A stretch of DNA of 63,602 nucleotides, filler included. It is 7 parts of 7 records of this genome, joined end to end, with 100 filler letters (N's around TTAATTAATTAA, not from the genome) between each part and the next. Parts side by side here need not be neighbours in the genome. Positions count along the whole stretch, not along the records: positions 57,776 to 63,602 come from SRR20825006_3077; 6 more parts are not named here. One strand, 5' to 3'. The notes beneath the pieces were generated by a model. That model did not search any database and had not been told where the DNA came from. It saw only the letters and a list, made by a program, of their open reading frames with translations. The position numbers and the translations under genes are program-made. Positions 63,238 through 63,602 of this stretch are shown here, piece by piece (within the stretch, counting starts at the first letter, position 1; each line of letters begins with the position of its first letter).

Positions 63238-63602
63238 ATGGCCGTTAGCGCGAATCGCCTTGAGCTGTTGCAGATTGCCGATGCGGTCGCCCGCGAGAAA
63301 TCCATCGACCGCATGGTGGTGATCGAGGCGATGCAGGATGCCATGGAAAAGGCCGCCAAGGGCCGCTATGGCGCCGAGACCGAGATCAAGGTCGAGATCA
63401 ACCCAAAGTCCGGCGAAACCCGCATGTGGCGCCTGCTTGAGATCGTCGACGAGGTCGAGGAGACTTCCCGCCAGGTCACGCTCAAATTTGCCCAGGTCAA
63501 GAACCCGACCGCCAAGGTTGGTGACTTCCTCACCGAACCGCTCCCGCCGATGGAATTCGGCCGCATCGCCGCCCAGTCGGCCAAGCAGGTCATCGTGCAG
63601 AA
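63238..63602 (+). CDS. nusA: Transcription termination factor NusA, 3'-truncated
   Basis: MAVSANRLELLQIADAVAREKSID...FGRIAAQSAKQVIVQ (manual translation). Confidence 0.96.
   Translation, partial: MAVSANRLELLQIADAVAREKSIDRMVVIEAMQDAMEKAAKGRYGAETEIKVEINPKSGETRMWRLLEIVDEVEETSRQVTLKFAQVKNPTAKVGDFLTEPLPPMEFGRIAAQSAKQVIVQ

Overview
This window is not one locus. It is seven unrelated bacterial fragments joined by six artificial 100-bp spacers (N-run, TTAATTAATTAA, N-run). Taxon guesses are from gene content and composition only. (1) 1-11380, Rhodobacteraceae-like: polyamine uptake/catabolism cluster with an ectoine-hydrolase-like M24 gene and argE inserted. (2) 11481-19512, deltaproteobacterial/Myxococcota-like housekeeping: iscS, mnmA, rnc, tatA, yicC, gmk, rel. 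(3) 19613-35081, Alcanivorax-like gammaproteobacterium: azoR/LysR, methyltransferase, DUF2726, GHKL ATPase-nuclease, GST, voltage-gated Na+ channel, fadBA, recJ, several GTAG REPs. (4) 35182-41320, high-GC alphaproteobacterium: bamD, recN, yceI/cytochrome b, ligA. (5) 41421-49193, Rhodobacteraceae-like: pyrE, dnaB, alr, mlaEF, radA, cvpA, purF. (6) 49294-57675, Thalassospira-like: iron and compatible-solute ABC transporters. (7) 57776-63602, Devosia-like: metK, trmB through rimP, nusA. The strongest candidate for a novel system is in fragment 3. An AT-rich single gene (24458-26431) encodes a GHKL/MORC-type ATPase fused to a predicted PD-(D/E)xK nuclease. It is bracketed by a perfect 23-bp inverted repeat (24266-24288 / 26560-26582) with internal partial copies, has no transposase or methyltransferase inside, and sits directly behind a membrane-anchored DUF2726 zinc-ribbon gene. 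It is a candidate mobile single-gene anti-phage cassette. Several candidate operators were also read directly from the sequence.
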